Origin: [Candidatus Thermochlorobacteriaceae] bacterium GBChlB
GTDB taxonomy: Bacteria; Bacteroidota; Chlorobiia; Chlorobiales; Thermochlorobacteraceae
DNA length: 64,000 nucleotides
NCBI GenBank assembly: GCA_000724175.1
Contig: JPGV01000010.1
Span: 61,199 to 125,198 of the forward strand
Reading direction: 5' to 3'
Shown: positions 56,219 to 64,000 of the stretch, in pieces
Position numbering within the stretch: position 1 is the first letter of the stretch
How the letters are laid out: the number at the start of each line of letters is the position of its first letter
The notes under the pieces: generated by a model
The model's database searches: none
Told to the model about the DNA's origin: nothing
Seen by the model: the letters and a program-made list of their open reading frames with translations, nothing else
Translations under genes and position numbers: made by a program

Positions 56219-56464
56219 TCATTTTGGCGGAAAGAGTTGCACCAGAGGCTTGGCGACGTTTGTTGCCGACTCACCGTGGCAGGCGCCGTTCTGAAAACAA
56301 CCCGTGCAGAGTTCTGCCAGCGAGAGCTTCGTGGCGCAGCGCGGACACTTCGCCACAAATTGATTTACGATTTTCAAGCGACAAGTCGGACATTCGCGCT
56401 CGAATCGCGCTTCGGGAATGTTGTCGGATAGTTGAACCGTGCAAGCGGACATCGTTTCAAACAT
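56219..56464 (-). CDS. small Cys-rich zinc-ribbon-like protein downstream of feoB
   Basis: 81 aa with 8 Cys, including CPTC...(11 aa)...CPRC and CTGCFQNGAC. ATG start, 62 nt after the feoB stop. No TM segment. Confidence 0.5.
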   Translation of the reverse strand: MFETMSACTVQLSDNIPEARFERECPTCRLKIVNQFVAKCPRCATKLSLAELCTGCFQNGACHGESATNVAKPLVQLFPPK

Positions 56465-56526
56465 TGATTGTTTAACTCTGCTTTACATCAACTCTGTTCT
56501 CTAAAAAATTCCACTTATGGACTTCT

Positions 56527-58581
56527 TCAGAGCATACATGCCACGCCGCCGCCGATGGTGAACGCCAGAATCCAACTGCCGAACCAAATTGTCATGGCTT
56601 CACGCAGCCCGCGTTCTTTAAGCAGCACCATCAGGCTTGCAATGCACGGCACGAACAGCGTAATGACCGTCAGCGAGACGACAATTTGTTTCGGCGAGAG
56701 GTCGAGCGTGTAAAGTCCTGCTGCGCCAAAGTCTCTGCGAACCATACCCATGACAAACGACCGCGCCGCCTCTGCAGGAAGCGCCAGCCAATGGGTTGTA
56801 ATCGGTTCAAAGAGCTGCACCCACGCTTCGAGCAGTCCAGTTACTTGCATCGTCGAGACGAGCAACGCGCCAAAGAAAAACCACGGCGAGGCTTCTTTCA
56901 TAAAACTCATCGTCTTTATCCACGTTTTTTTCAACACATTGCTTGCTTGCGGCAAACGCATCGGCGGCAAATCGATGAGCAGGGCGGACGACTTGCCGGG
57001 CAAAATTTTATCGACCGCTGTGCCGATGCCGACAAGACACGCCAAAATAATCGCCGCGAAAATAAGCGTGTATTCGCCGCCCGCCTTGGTGAGCAGCGCG
57101 GTAATCACGGCAAGCTGCGCCGAACAGGGAATTGCAAAATTGAGTATCGAGGCGGCAATAGTTTTCTCGCGCGAGGTTTGCAGAAGCCGCGTTGTAATCG
57201 TCGCCATTGTTACGCAGCCGAAGCCGAGAATAATCGGAATTACCGCGCGCCCGTTAAGCCCGATGCTCGTCAGCAGTCGGTCGACCATTGTCGCCAGGCG
57301 CGGCAGGTAGCCGCAGTCTTCAAGGATGGCGAGAAACAAATAAAATCCAATGATGAGCGGCAAGAGCAGGAAGAGCAGATACGTAACCGTCATGGTGAGC
57401 GCGCCGAACTCGCCCGCGAAAATCACAACCATTTTTCCCCACAGCGTCTCTTGCGAAAACTTAAATGTCTGCAACACATCTTTGCCGTCGATGAATTGTT
57501 GGAGTTCTTGAAATTGAGCGTCATTTGCCAGCGTGCCGTTTGGAAAAACAAACGTTTTTGTTTCGAGCGTTTTTTCGTCGCCAGTTTCGTCTTTCGTTAA
57601 AATGTCCGCCGTAATTGTTACGGGCGTGATTTTTGCGAAAAGGTGTTTTGCGAATGGCTCCCAGCGCTTGTTGCCAAACTCGACTTCGGTATGCCCGACG
57701 ACGCGCTGCGCGACCAAGACGCCGACCACTTGGTAAATCAGCCATAGCGAGAAGAGCAAAATCGGCAAGCCGGTGATGGGGTTAATCGTCCAGCGTCCTA
57801 ACGCTTCGCTGAACTTCGCGCCGATTTTCAGAGCAGATTTTTGTCGATACACTTCGGCGACAATGTCGTTCACGCGGTTTCGACGTGCAACGTAAATTTC
57901 TTCGCGTTTATCGAGCGGCGCGACGCCGTGTCGGGCAGCGACGACATCATCGCCCTCCAAAACCATCAGCGCCTCCGCTTTCGGATTGGGGACGCCAGAG
58001 AGGGTCGATGCGATTTTTTCAATCTCGATTTGCAACGCTCTATCCGATTTGCCGACGCTTGCCTGCGCCAGATTTTGTTCAACTGCGTCGAAGCCCAAGC
58101 GTTTGGTCGCAACGACTTCCACAATCGGGACGCCGAGAAGCACCGACAGTCGGTTGACGTCAATTTCAAGTCCCGCGTCCTCGAGCGCGTCCATCATATT
58201 GAGCGCCACAACCATCTTAAAATTCATATCGATGAGTTGCAAGGTGAGAAATAAATCGCGCTCCAAGTTCGTCGAGTCAACCACATTCAGAATCACGTCT
58301 GCACCTAAGACCGTGTCGCGCGCAACGCGCTCTTCGTCGTTAAAGGAACTCACGCCGTAAATGCCCGGCGTGTCATAGACGTTATACTCTTTGAACACGC
58401 CGTGGGAGACTTCAACCGTCGTGCCGGGAAAATTTGAGACATCGACATACAAGCCGCTAAAATGATTGAAGAACGCCGACTTGCCGACATTTGGATTTCC
58501 AACCAACACCAGTTTCGTTCCTGATTTGACAACGGGACTTTCAGCGAGGGACTCAGGCGCGGATTCGAGAAACGCAGGCAT
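56527..58581 (-). CDS. feoB: ferrous iron transporter FeoB
   Basis: G-domain LVGNPNVGKSAFFN...DVSNFPGTTVE...YDTPGIY plus a polytopic membrane domain. The ATG at 58581 (MPAFLES...) is preferred, which removes the overlap with feoA. Confidence 0.95.
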   Translation of the reverse strand: MPAFLESAPESLAESPVVKSGTKLVLVGNPNVGKSAFFNHFSGLYVDVSNFPGTTVEVSHGVFKEYNVYDTPGIYGVSSFNDEERVARDTVLGADVILNVVDSTNLERDLFLTLQLIDMNFKMVVALNMMDALEDAGLEIDVNRLSVLLGVPIVEVVATKRLGFDAVEQNLAQASVGKSDRALQIEIEKIASTLSGVPNPKAEALMVLEGDDVVAARHGVAPLDKREEIYVARRNRVNDIVAEVYRQKSALKIGAKFSEALGRWTINPITGLPILLFSLWLIYQVVGVLVAQRVVGHTEVEFGNKRWEPFAKHLFAKITPVTITADILTKDETGDEKTLETKTFVFPNGTLANDAQFQELQQFIDGKDVLQTFKFSQETLWGKMVVIFAGEFGALTMTVTYLLFLLLPLIIGFYLFLAILEDCGYLPRLATMVDRLLTSIGLNGRAVIPIILGFGCVTMATITTRLLQTSREKTIAASILNFAIPCSAQLAVITALLTKAGGEYTLIFAAIILACLVGIGTAVDKILPGKSSALLIDLPPMRLPQASNVLKKTWIKTMSFMKEASPWFFFGALLVSTMQVTGLLEAWVQLFEPITTHWLALPAEAARSFVMGMVRRDFGAAGLYTLDLSPKQIVVSLTVITLFVPCIASLMVLLKERGLREAMTIWFGSWILAFTIGGGVACML

Positions 58582-58604
58582 AGATGTAATGTAAAAATGA
58601 GTTG

Positions 58605-58835
58605 TTACAACTGTTCCACCCAAATGTGTTCGGCGAGGTCTCTGCCGAGGGCAACTTCCTGACGGCGATGCTTAACGACGACCGGTCCAAGTGGCAAACG
58701 CTCATGGCAAACGGCTGTGCTGCCTTCGCCGACGCCAAAGCGCAAGAGCTGTGTGCGCGCCGACGCATCGTCGATCCGACGGATAATGAACGACGCGCCT
58801 TTTTTGACCTTGCTTAGCGGAACGAGTATGTTCAA
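58605..58835 (-). CDS. feoA: ferrous iron transport protein A (FeoA)
   Basis: 76 aa: LSKVKKGASFIIRRIDDASARTQLLRFGVGEGSTAV...GPVVVKHRRQEVALGRDLAEHIWV (SH3-like FeoA pattern). TTG start. Confidence 0.85.
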   Translation of the reverse strand: MNILVPLSKVKKGASFIIRRIDDASARTQLLRFGVGEGSTAVCHERLPLGPVVVKHRRQEVALGRDLAEHIWVEQL

Positions 58836-58855
58836 GTTTAAGTTAGTACTTCTTT

Positions 58856-58874
58856 GTTTAGACTGAATCTAAAC
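58856..58874. promoter_or_regulatory. inverted repeat GTTTAGA-ctgaa-TCTAAAC upstream of feoA; candidate metal-regulator operator
   Basis: 7-bp perfect arms, 21-39 nt upstream of the feoA start, in the divergent feoA / histidine-kinase intergenic region. Confidence 0.3.
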
Positions 58875-59085
58875 AGAACTTTCGTGATTCGCAAATCTTT
58901 TGTTGCGACAGTTGCGCTTTGTGCTTGGCGAACATATCGTGAAAGTTTTCAGGTTAAAATGCAGAGATTTTGTTTATTTTCGCAAACCTCATCTCCATTG
59001 GGAAGCGCGTCGTCGATTGTTTTCATCGGCACGTGCACTGTGGTTTTGCACAATCGCTGCCATCTATCAACTATCGCTGACTACC

Positions 59086-60744
59086 ATGCTGAACTACAAA
59101 AAGATCAAAAAGTCCCTCAAAGAAGTGCGCGACGCCTTGGAGCGTTTAGAGTTGCTCGAACCGATGCTCGACGAAAACTCGTCCGATGCGTCTGTGCTCA
59201 AGAACTCGCGTCAGCTTTCCGAGTTCACAGTGTCGGTTCATAAGCTCATTGGTAGTATTCCCGACCCATTTTTGCCAACGATGGTTCAATCGGCACACGC
59301 CGTCATTGAGTCCAAGCCAAGTAAGCAGTTGCACTCCGCCGTTGTCTCCTCTGATGTTTCGGAGGATAAATTCCAAGCACTGCTTAAAGCTACCGAAGAC
59401 CGACTGCGCCAAGCGATTCAGGCAGAGCTCGCTAAAATTATGGTCGCCGATGCGTTTGCGCCTGCGCCCGCGCCTAACGGTCAAATTTACTCCGATGCAT
59501 ATACGACAGACGACGCCGTGCGCCAAAGCGAACAACGCTTGCGCACCATCATCGACTCGACGCCGCTCGGCATTGTCATCACTAATGAAGAGTGCAAAAT
59601 TGAGTATGTCAATAGCGCTTACGCGCAGCTTTATGGCTACCAGCCGAGCGAACTTATCGGCAACAGTTTTACAATGATTGTGCCGCCCGATAAGCGCGAG
59701 TTTTGGCTTGATTTACATGCGAAGTATTTGGCAGGCTACAAGGACATTCGCGGCGAATGGGAAGTGCGGCATAAGACCGGCAAGCCGATTTACATTTTGG
59801 CGGACGCAGCGCGCATCGTCGGCACCGATGGCAAGCCGAAAAAAGTAACCTTTGTCAGCGACATCAGCGAACTGATCAAACTCAAAGACGAGGCGCGGCA
59901 ATCGGAAATGCAACTGATGCAGGCAGAGAAGATGTCGTCGCTCGGTCAAATGGTCGCAGGCGTCGCGCACGAGATGAACACGCCGCTCGGCTTCGTGCGC
60001 AGCAATATGGATTTGCTCGTCGAGATGTTCGCCGAAATGAAACTGCTGTTAGAGCGATACAATTCGCTGCGCGAAGAAATTCTGCACGGTAGCCCTGTCA
60101 GCGTTGCCCAATCAATGGCGGCGATTGAAGAGGCGACTCAAAAATTTACGCTCTACAAGCAGGTCGATAAAATCACTCAAAACTCGATTGAGGGCTTGAC
60201 GCGGATTCAGGAACTTGTCTCGAACCTGCGCAATTTCTCGCGGCTCGATGAAGCCGATTTCAAGCCCGCAAGTTTGAACCAACTGCTCGACTCGACGCTC
60301 AACATCGCGGGCTACCTGCTCAAAGAAATCACAGTTGAAAAGCACTACGGCGACGTGCCTAATGTCATGTGCTACGCCGCGCAACTCAATCAAGTCTTTT
60401 TGAACCTCATCACCAACGCGGTTCAAGCCATTAACCACGACCACGGAAAAATCACACTCTCGACCGCGCGCGAAGGGGAGAACATTGTCGTCAAAATCAC
60501 TGACAACGGCGTCGGCATCGCACCCGAACACTTGAACAAAATTTTCGAGCCGTTCTTTACCACGAAGGAAATTGGCAAAGGCACAGGCTTGGGGCTCTCC
60601 ATCGTCTATAAAATCGTCGAGAAGCATCACGGCAAGATTCACGTCGAGAGCGAGCGAGGCAAAGGCTCGACCTTCACCATCACACTTCCGATTGGAAAGG
60701 TTGTCGCCGACGCTGAAAGCACGGCGCTCTTCTCGGAGTCCTAA
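59086..60744 (+). CDS. cytoplasmic PAS-domain sensor histidine kinase
   Basis: The start at ATG 59086 (MLNYKKIKK...) is preferred. PAS region (RTIIDSTPLGIVITNEECKIEYVNSAYAQLYGY). H-box VAGVAHEMNTPLG. N/G boxes LITNAVQAI, DNGVGI, GTGLGLSIV. No TM helices. Confidence 0.85.
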   Translation: MLNYKKIKKSLKEVRDALERLELLEPMLDENSSDASVLKNSRQLSEFTVSVHKLIGSIPDPFLPTMVQSAHAVIESKPSKQLHSAVVSSDVSEDKFQALLKATEDRLRQAIQAELAKIMVADAFAPAPAPNGQIYSDAYTTDDAVRQSEQRLRTIIDSTPLGIVITNEECKIEYVNSAYAQLYGYQPSELIGNSFTMIVPPDKREFWLDLHAKYLAGYKDIRGEWEVRHKTGKPIYILADAARIVGTDGKPKKVTFVSDISELIKLKDEARQSEMQLMQAEKMSSLGQMVAGVAHEMNTPLGFVRSNMDLLVEMFAEMKLLLERYNSLREEILHGSPVSVAQSMAAIEEATQKFTLYKQVDKITQNSIEGLTRIQELVSNLRNFSRLDEADFKPASLNQLLDSTLNIAGYLLKEITVEKHYGDVPNVMCYAAQLNQVFLNLITNAVQAINHDHGKITLSTAREGENIVVKITDNGVGIAPEHLNKIFEPFFTTKEIGKGTGLGLSIVYKIVEKHHGKIHVESERGKGSTFTITLPIGKVVADAESTALFSES

Positions 60745-60786
60745 AAAGTTTATCTGCTTGCTAACACACTCAACTCTAAATTTGCT

Positions 60787-61749
60787 ATGCCCGAACAGGT
60801 TAAAATTTTATTTGTAGATGACGAGCAAAAAGTTTTGGAATCGCTCGAACTTGTTTTTCGTGATACACCCATCCGCCTTGCGACAAGCGGAGATGAGGCT
60901 TTGAAGATTCTGCGCGCGGAGGAAATCAGTGTTCTCGTCAGCGACCAGCGTATGCCGAAAATGTCTGGCGTTGAACTCTTGCGCGAAGCCAAGAAAATTA
61001 GCCCACACACGATTCGCATTTTGCTCACAGGCTACTCCGATTTGGAGCAGGTCATTGACTCCATCAACACGGGCGAAGTCTATCGCTACATCAATAAGCC
61101 GTGGGATAACGCCAAGCTGCGCGAGACAGTTCAGTTTGCGGCGCGAATGTATGAGCAGCAAAAAGAGCTGCGCGACATGAGCAAAGGTATTAAATCGAGC
61201 GCCAGCACATCTGCCAATGATACTACTATTGATTCGTCAATAGAATTGCTCTTTGTCGATAAAAACTATGAGCATCTGCGCGGCTTGAAAGAAACTTTCT
61301 CGGAAATGCGACCGACGCACGTTACCGCCGATGTCGATGAAGGCTATCACCTGCTTGAAACGCGCCCGATTGGCGTCGTCGTCTCCGACGTCCTTCTCAA
61401 CGGCTTTGATGGTGCAGATTTTTTAGCGGCAGTCAAAGAACGCTTCCCCGATGTCGTTACCATTATGATGACAAGCTCAAAAGATTCCAGCGTTGCCGTT
61501 CGTTTGATTAACGAGGGACAAATTTTTCGCTACATCGTTAAGCCCTTTCCAAAAGAGGCGATGCGGTCAACGATTGACGAGGCGTTGCGCCGCTACGTGC
61601 TTCAAAAACAACAACCATCTCAAAATTTAAAGCGACAAGAACAGCAAGTTGCTACCGCCGCCGTTGCATCAACTTCGTCTAACTCGCAGTCGCTTAGCCA
61701 ACTGCTCGAAGAAGTGCGCCAACGGCTTGCCGAGAAAAAGACATACTGA
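60787..61749 (+). CDS. response regulator with two receiver domains and no output domain
   Basis: REC1: ILFVDDEQ...VLVSDQRMPKMSG...LTGYSD...YINKPW. REC2: LLFVDKNYE...VVVSDVLLNGFDG...MTSSKD...YIVKPF. Gln/Ser-rich tail. Confidence 0.85.
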   Translation: MPEQVKILFVDDEQKVLESLELVFRDTPIRLATSGDEALKILRAEEISVLVSDQRMPKMSGVELLREAKKISPHTIRILLTGYSDLEQVIDSINTGEVYRYINKPWDNAKLRETVQFAARMYEQQKELRDMSKGIKSSASTSANDTTIDSSIELLFVDKNYEHLRGLKETFSEMRPTHVTADVDEGYHLLETRPIGVVVSDVLLNGFDGADFLAAVKERFPDVVTIMMTSSKDSSVAVRLINEGQIFRYIVKPFPKEAMRSTIDEALRRYVLQKQQPSQNLKRQEQQVATAAVASTSSNSQSLSQLLEEVRQRLAEKKTY

Positions 61750-62021
61750 GCAGATTGCGCGGTATGAAAACGGCGGCGCGTCGTCGATTCCTATTTACTT
61801 CACGCGCCACCTACTCTGTGCGCTTAATCTCTATGCGCTCGATGCCGAGCGGAACGCGAGCGATGACCTTCAACGCTGTGCCGCCGCCTCCCCTTTTCCT
61901 CGTTTGAACTTTTCACAAAATTGCTTTTCAGGCAACAATTCTGTTTATTCACCCTTACCCCCGAAAAGCGAAGCAACGTTATTGCGTTGGCGGCGGTTAA
62001 GATTGAGAAGACGAAACGAGT

Positions 62022-64000
62022 ATGCTGGTTCAAATTGAGGAGCAACATTACGTTAAACTGAACGAACTCTTGGAGCTTTGTCGAGCGCGGCTTTTGCGCT
62101 ACGATGAGAACTTGATTCGACGGGCGTTTTTCTTGTGCTATCGAGCGCATAGCGCGGGCAAGCGGGCGTCGGGCGAACCGTATTTTTATCACCCCGTTGA
62201 GGTCGCCAAAATTATGCTCACCGAGATTCCGCTCGACGATGTCAGCGTCGCCGCCGCGCTCTTGCACGATGTTGTTGAAGACACCGATTATACGGTCGAA
62301 GACCTCAAAGATGAGTTCGGTGACGAGGTCGCTGCGATTGTCGAGGGCCTGACGAAAATCTCCGACATCTTCGCCAACCGCGAAATCAAAGAAGCCGAGA
62401 GCTTTCGAAAAATGTTGCTCTCGATGGTTCACGATATTCGCGTCATTCTCATCAAGTTCTGCGACCGCTTGCACAATATGCGCACGCTCGATGCCCTCCC
62501 GCCGCATCGGCAAGTAAAAATTGCGATTGAGACACGCGACATCTACGCACCCTTCGCACATCGTTTCGGCTTGAACAAAATCAAAGTCGAGCTCGAGAAC
62601 CTCTCGTTCAAATATCTTGACCGCGAAGCCTACGACGACTTGGTCGATAAGCTCAAACTCACGCGCGAGGCACGGTATAATTACCTTGATAAAGTAACCA
62701 AGCCCATTGAAGTTGAGCTTCGCAAACGCGGCTATGACTTCGAGATTTTGAGCCGCCCGAAACACCTCTTTTCCATCTACAACAAGATGCGCTCGCAGGG
62801 CAAGAAGTTGGAGGAGATTTACGACATCTACGGCATTCGCGTGATTTTGAACAGCGAAAATCCGTCGGACTGTTTCGGCGTCTATGGCTACATCACGCAA
62901 ATTTTTCCGCCCGTGCCGGAGCGCTTCAAGGACTACATTTCCGTGCCAAAACACAATGGCTATCAATCGCTACACACGACTGTTTTAGGTCCAGATGGCA
63001 AAATGGTCGAGGTGCAAATTCGCACGAAGAAAATGCACGAATTTGCCGAGAACGGTGTCGCCGCGCACTGGCGCTACAAAGAGAAAGTCAGCGTCGATGA
63101 TGCCGCAATAAACTCGCTGATAAAATGGGCGAAGGAGTTAATTGAGAACGCCGACTCGCCGTCGGCATTTATGGAGGGGTTTCGTCTGAACTTGTATCAA
63201 GACGAGATTTACGTATTCACGCCCAAAGGCGACATGAAAGTCCTGCCCTCGCAAGCCACACCAGTCGATTTCGCATTTGAAATTCACACTGAAGTTGGTA
63301 TGCGCTGCATCGGTGCGAAGGTCAACGGCAAAATCGTCGCGCTGCACACCAAGCTCAAATCGGGCGATCAAATCGAGATCATCACTTCGAAAAACCAGAC
63401 GCCGAAAGCCGATTGGGAGAAGTTCATTGTTACGCACAAAGCGAAGCTGAAAATCAAACAGTTTCTCAACGAAGAGCGGCGGCAACACATTGAAGAAGGG
63501 CGGAGCATTTGGAACAAGCTTGTCTCGAAAACCAAAAAGGCGTTCAGCGAGAGCGACATTGCCCGCATTGCCAAACAGTTCAACCTGCCAACGCCAGCCG
63601 ATTTTTTCCGTGCTATTGGTGCCAAGGAATTAGACGGCGACAAAGCGCTGCAAAAACTTGAACTCTCCGAGCCGAAGCCCGAAGCGAAGTCGATTGTCAA
63701 ATATGAAGACTTCGTCAAGGTCGCCCGCACCGACCGCAGCAAATCCGCCGACGATACCGACAACGCCGTTGTCATTGAGGGCATGAAGAGCATTGCATAC
63801 AGTTACGCTCGATGCTGCAATCCCGTGCCAGGCGATGAGGTCATCGGGCTTGTAACGGCAGGCGGCGTGGTTCGCATTCATCGTCGAAATTGCCGCAATG
63901 TAAATAACGAGCAAATCATTAAAAGCCCGAAGGTCGTTTCGGTGGCATGGAAGTCGTCGGCGTCGAATGAGTTTTTGGCGGGCTTGCGCATTTTTGGCGA
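62022..64000 (+). CDS. bifunctional (p)ppGpp synthetase/hydrolase RelA/SpoT family (5' ~660 codons; continues beyond the window end)
   Basis: Absent from the ORF track because it is open-ended. My translation from the ATG at 62022 reads MLVQIEEQHYVKLNELLELCRARLLRYDENLIRRAFFLCYRAHSAGKRASGEPYFYHPVEVAKIMLTEIPLDDVSVAAALLHDVVEDTD (HD hydrolase domain). Later come YISVPKHNGYQSLHTTV (synthetase) and a TGS-like region (EIYVFTPKGDMKVLP). The minus-strand ORFs at 61824-63914 are antisense shadows. Confidence 0.9.
   Translation, partial: MLVQIEEQHYVKLNELLELCRARLLRYDENLIRRAFFLCYRAHSAGKRASGEPYFYHPVEVAKIMLTEIPLDDVSVAAALLHDVVEDTDYTVEDLKDEFGDEVAAIVEGLTKISDIFANREIKEAESFRKMLLSMVHDIRVILIKFCDRLHNMRTLDALPPHRQVKIAIETRDIYAPFAHRFGLNKIKVELENLSFKYLDREAYDDLVDKLKLTREARYNYLDKVTKPIEVELRKRGYDFEILSRPKHLFSIYNKMRSQGKKLEEIYDIYGIRVILNSENPSDCFGVYGYITQIFPPVPERFKDYISVPKHNGYQSLHTTVLGPDGKMVEVQIRTKKMHEFAENGVAAHWRYKEKVSVDDAAINSLIKWAKELIENADSPSAFMEGFRLNLYQDEIYVFTPKGDMKVLPSQATPVDFAFEIHTEVGMRCIGAKVNGKIVALHTKLKSGDQIEIITSKNQTPKADWEKFIVTHKAKLKIKQFLNEERRQHIEEGRSIWNKLVSKTKKAFSESDIARIAKQFNLPTPADFFRAIGAKELDGDKALQKLELSEPKPEAKSIVKYEDFVKVARTDRSKSADDTDNAVVIEGMKSIAYSYARCCNPVPGDEVIGLVTAGGVVRIHRRNCRNVNNEQIIKSPKVVSVAWKSSASNEFLAGLRIFG

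Noticed and set aside
4244-57600. Other long antisense ORFs, e.g. 4244-4996(-), 6545-7207(+), 11696-12433(+), 13363-14079(-), 16160-16924(+), 17026-17952(+), 28502-29146(-), 39007-39846(+), 55375-56025(+), 56686-57600(+)
   Set aside because: Each lies entirely inside a confidently identified gene on the opposite strand and shows Arg/Ala/Ser/Cys-rich shadow-frame composition. There is no independent support for overlapping genes.
61824-63914. Minus-strand ORFs of 380, 116, 141 and 94 aa at the right end of the window
   Set aside because: They are antisense shadows of the open-ended relA/spoT gene on the plus strand (HD and synthetase motifs read in frame from 62022). Their translations have no recognisable motifs.
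1-64000. Search for defence islands, toxin-antitoxin pairs, prophage or integrative elements, retrons or DGRs
   Set aside because: I recognised no integrase, transposase, reverse transcriptase, nuclease-helicase defence combination, phage structural gene, tRNA attachment site or flanking direct repeats. Their absence is judged by eye only.

Overview
This is a densely coding 64-kb chromosomal window. I recognised no rRNA, tRNA, CRISPR array, transposase, integrase, reverse transcriptase or classical defence genes. Several features point to a member of the FCB superphylum (Bacteroidota/Ignavibacteriota/Chlorobiota-like): type-A T9SS C-terminal sorting domains, a PorV/PorQ-like barrel, a SusC-type TonB receptor and GH92/GH125 mannosidases. 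The species cannot be assigned from the sequence alone. Both window edges cut genes that the ORF track misses because they run open-ended: ppdK (1-2015, minus) and relA/spoT (62022-64000, plus). Housekeeping genes are dxs, rpsA, carA, dnaB, a family-4 UDG, a LOG protein, feoAB and an ABC exporter. The main accessory signals are these. (1) All 13 genes from 30035 to 56088 lie on the minus strand and form a glycan-utilisation locus. It is headed by a SusC-type TonB receptor with no SusD. That position is taken by a 1282-aa protein with a CTD-like tail and a dedicated PorV/PorQ-like barrel. An MFS importer, GH16, GH125, a GH36-like enzyme, a Mak-like ROK kinase, a LamG/T9SS protein, two GH92, GH3 and LacI follow. 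An identical 17-mer with LacI-operator-like symmetry sits upstream of two transcription-unit heads. (2) A MarR / YiaAB / KASIII::heme-oxygenase-like-diiron fusion / unknown-protein cluster. (3) An orphan EutN/CcmL microcompartment vertex protein whose start overlaps the stop of an S15 peptidase. (4) A PmbA-like gene with no signal peptide plus two tandem Tat-signal TldD-like paralogs that share a 221-bp perfectly identical tract, consistent with gene conversion. (5) A decayed WD40 gene remnant, a GTCAT...GAATCC hairpin-repeat family, and a Cys-rich small ORF behind feoAB. All family calls rest on reading motifs in the supplied or self-made translations. No database search was possible, so novelty claims are hypotheses.
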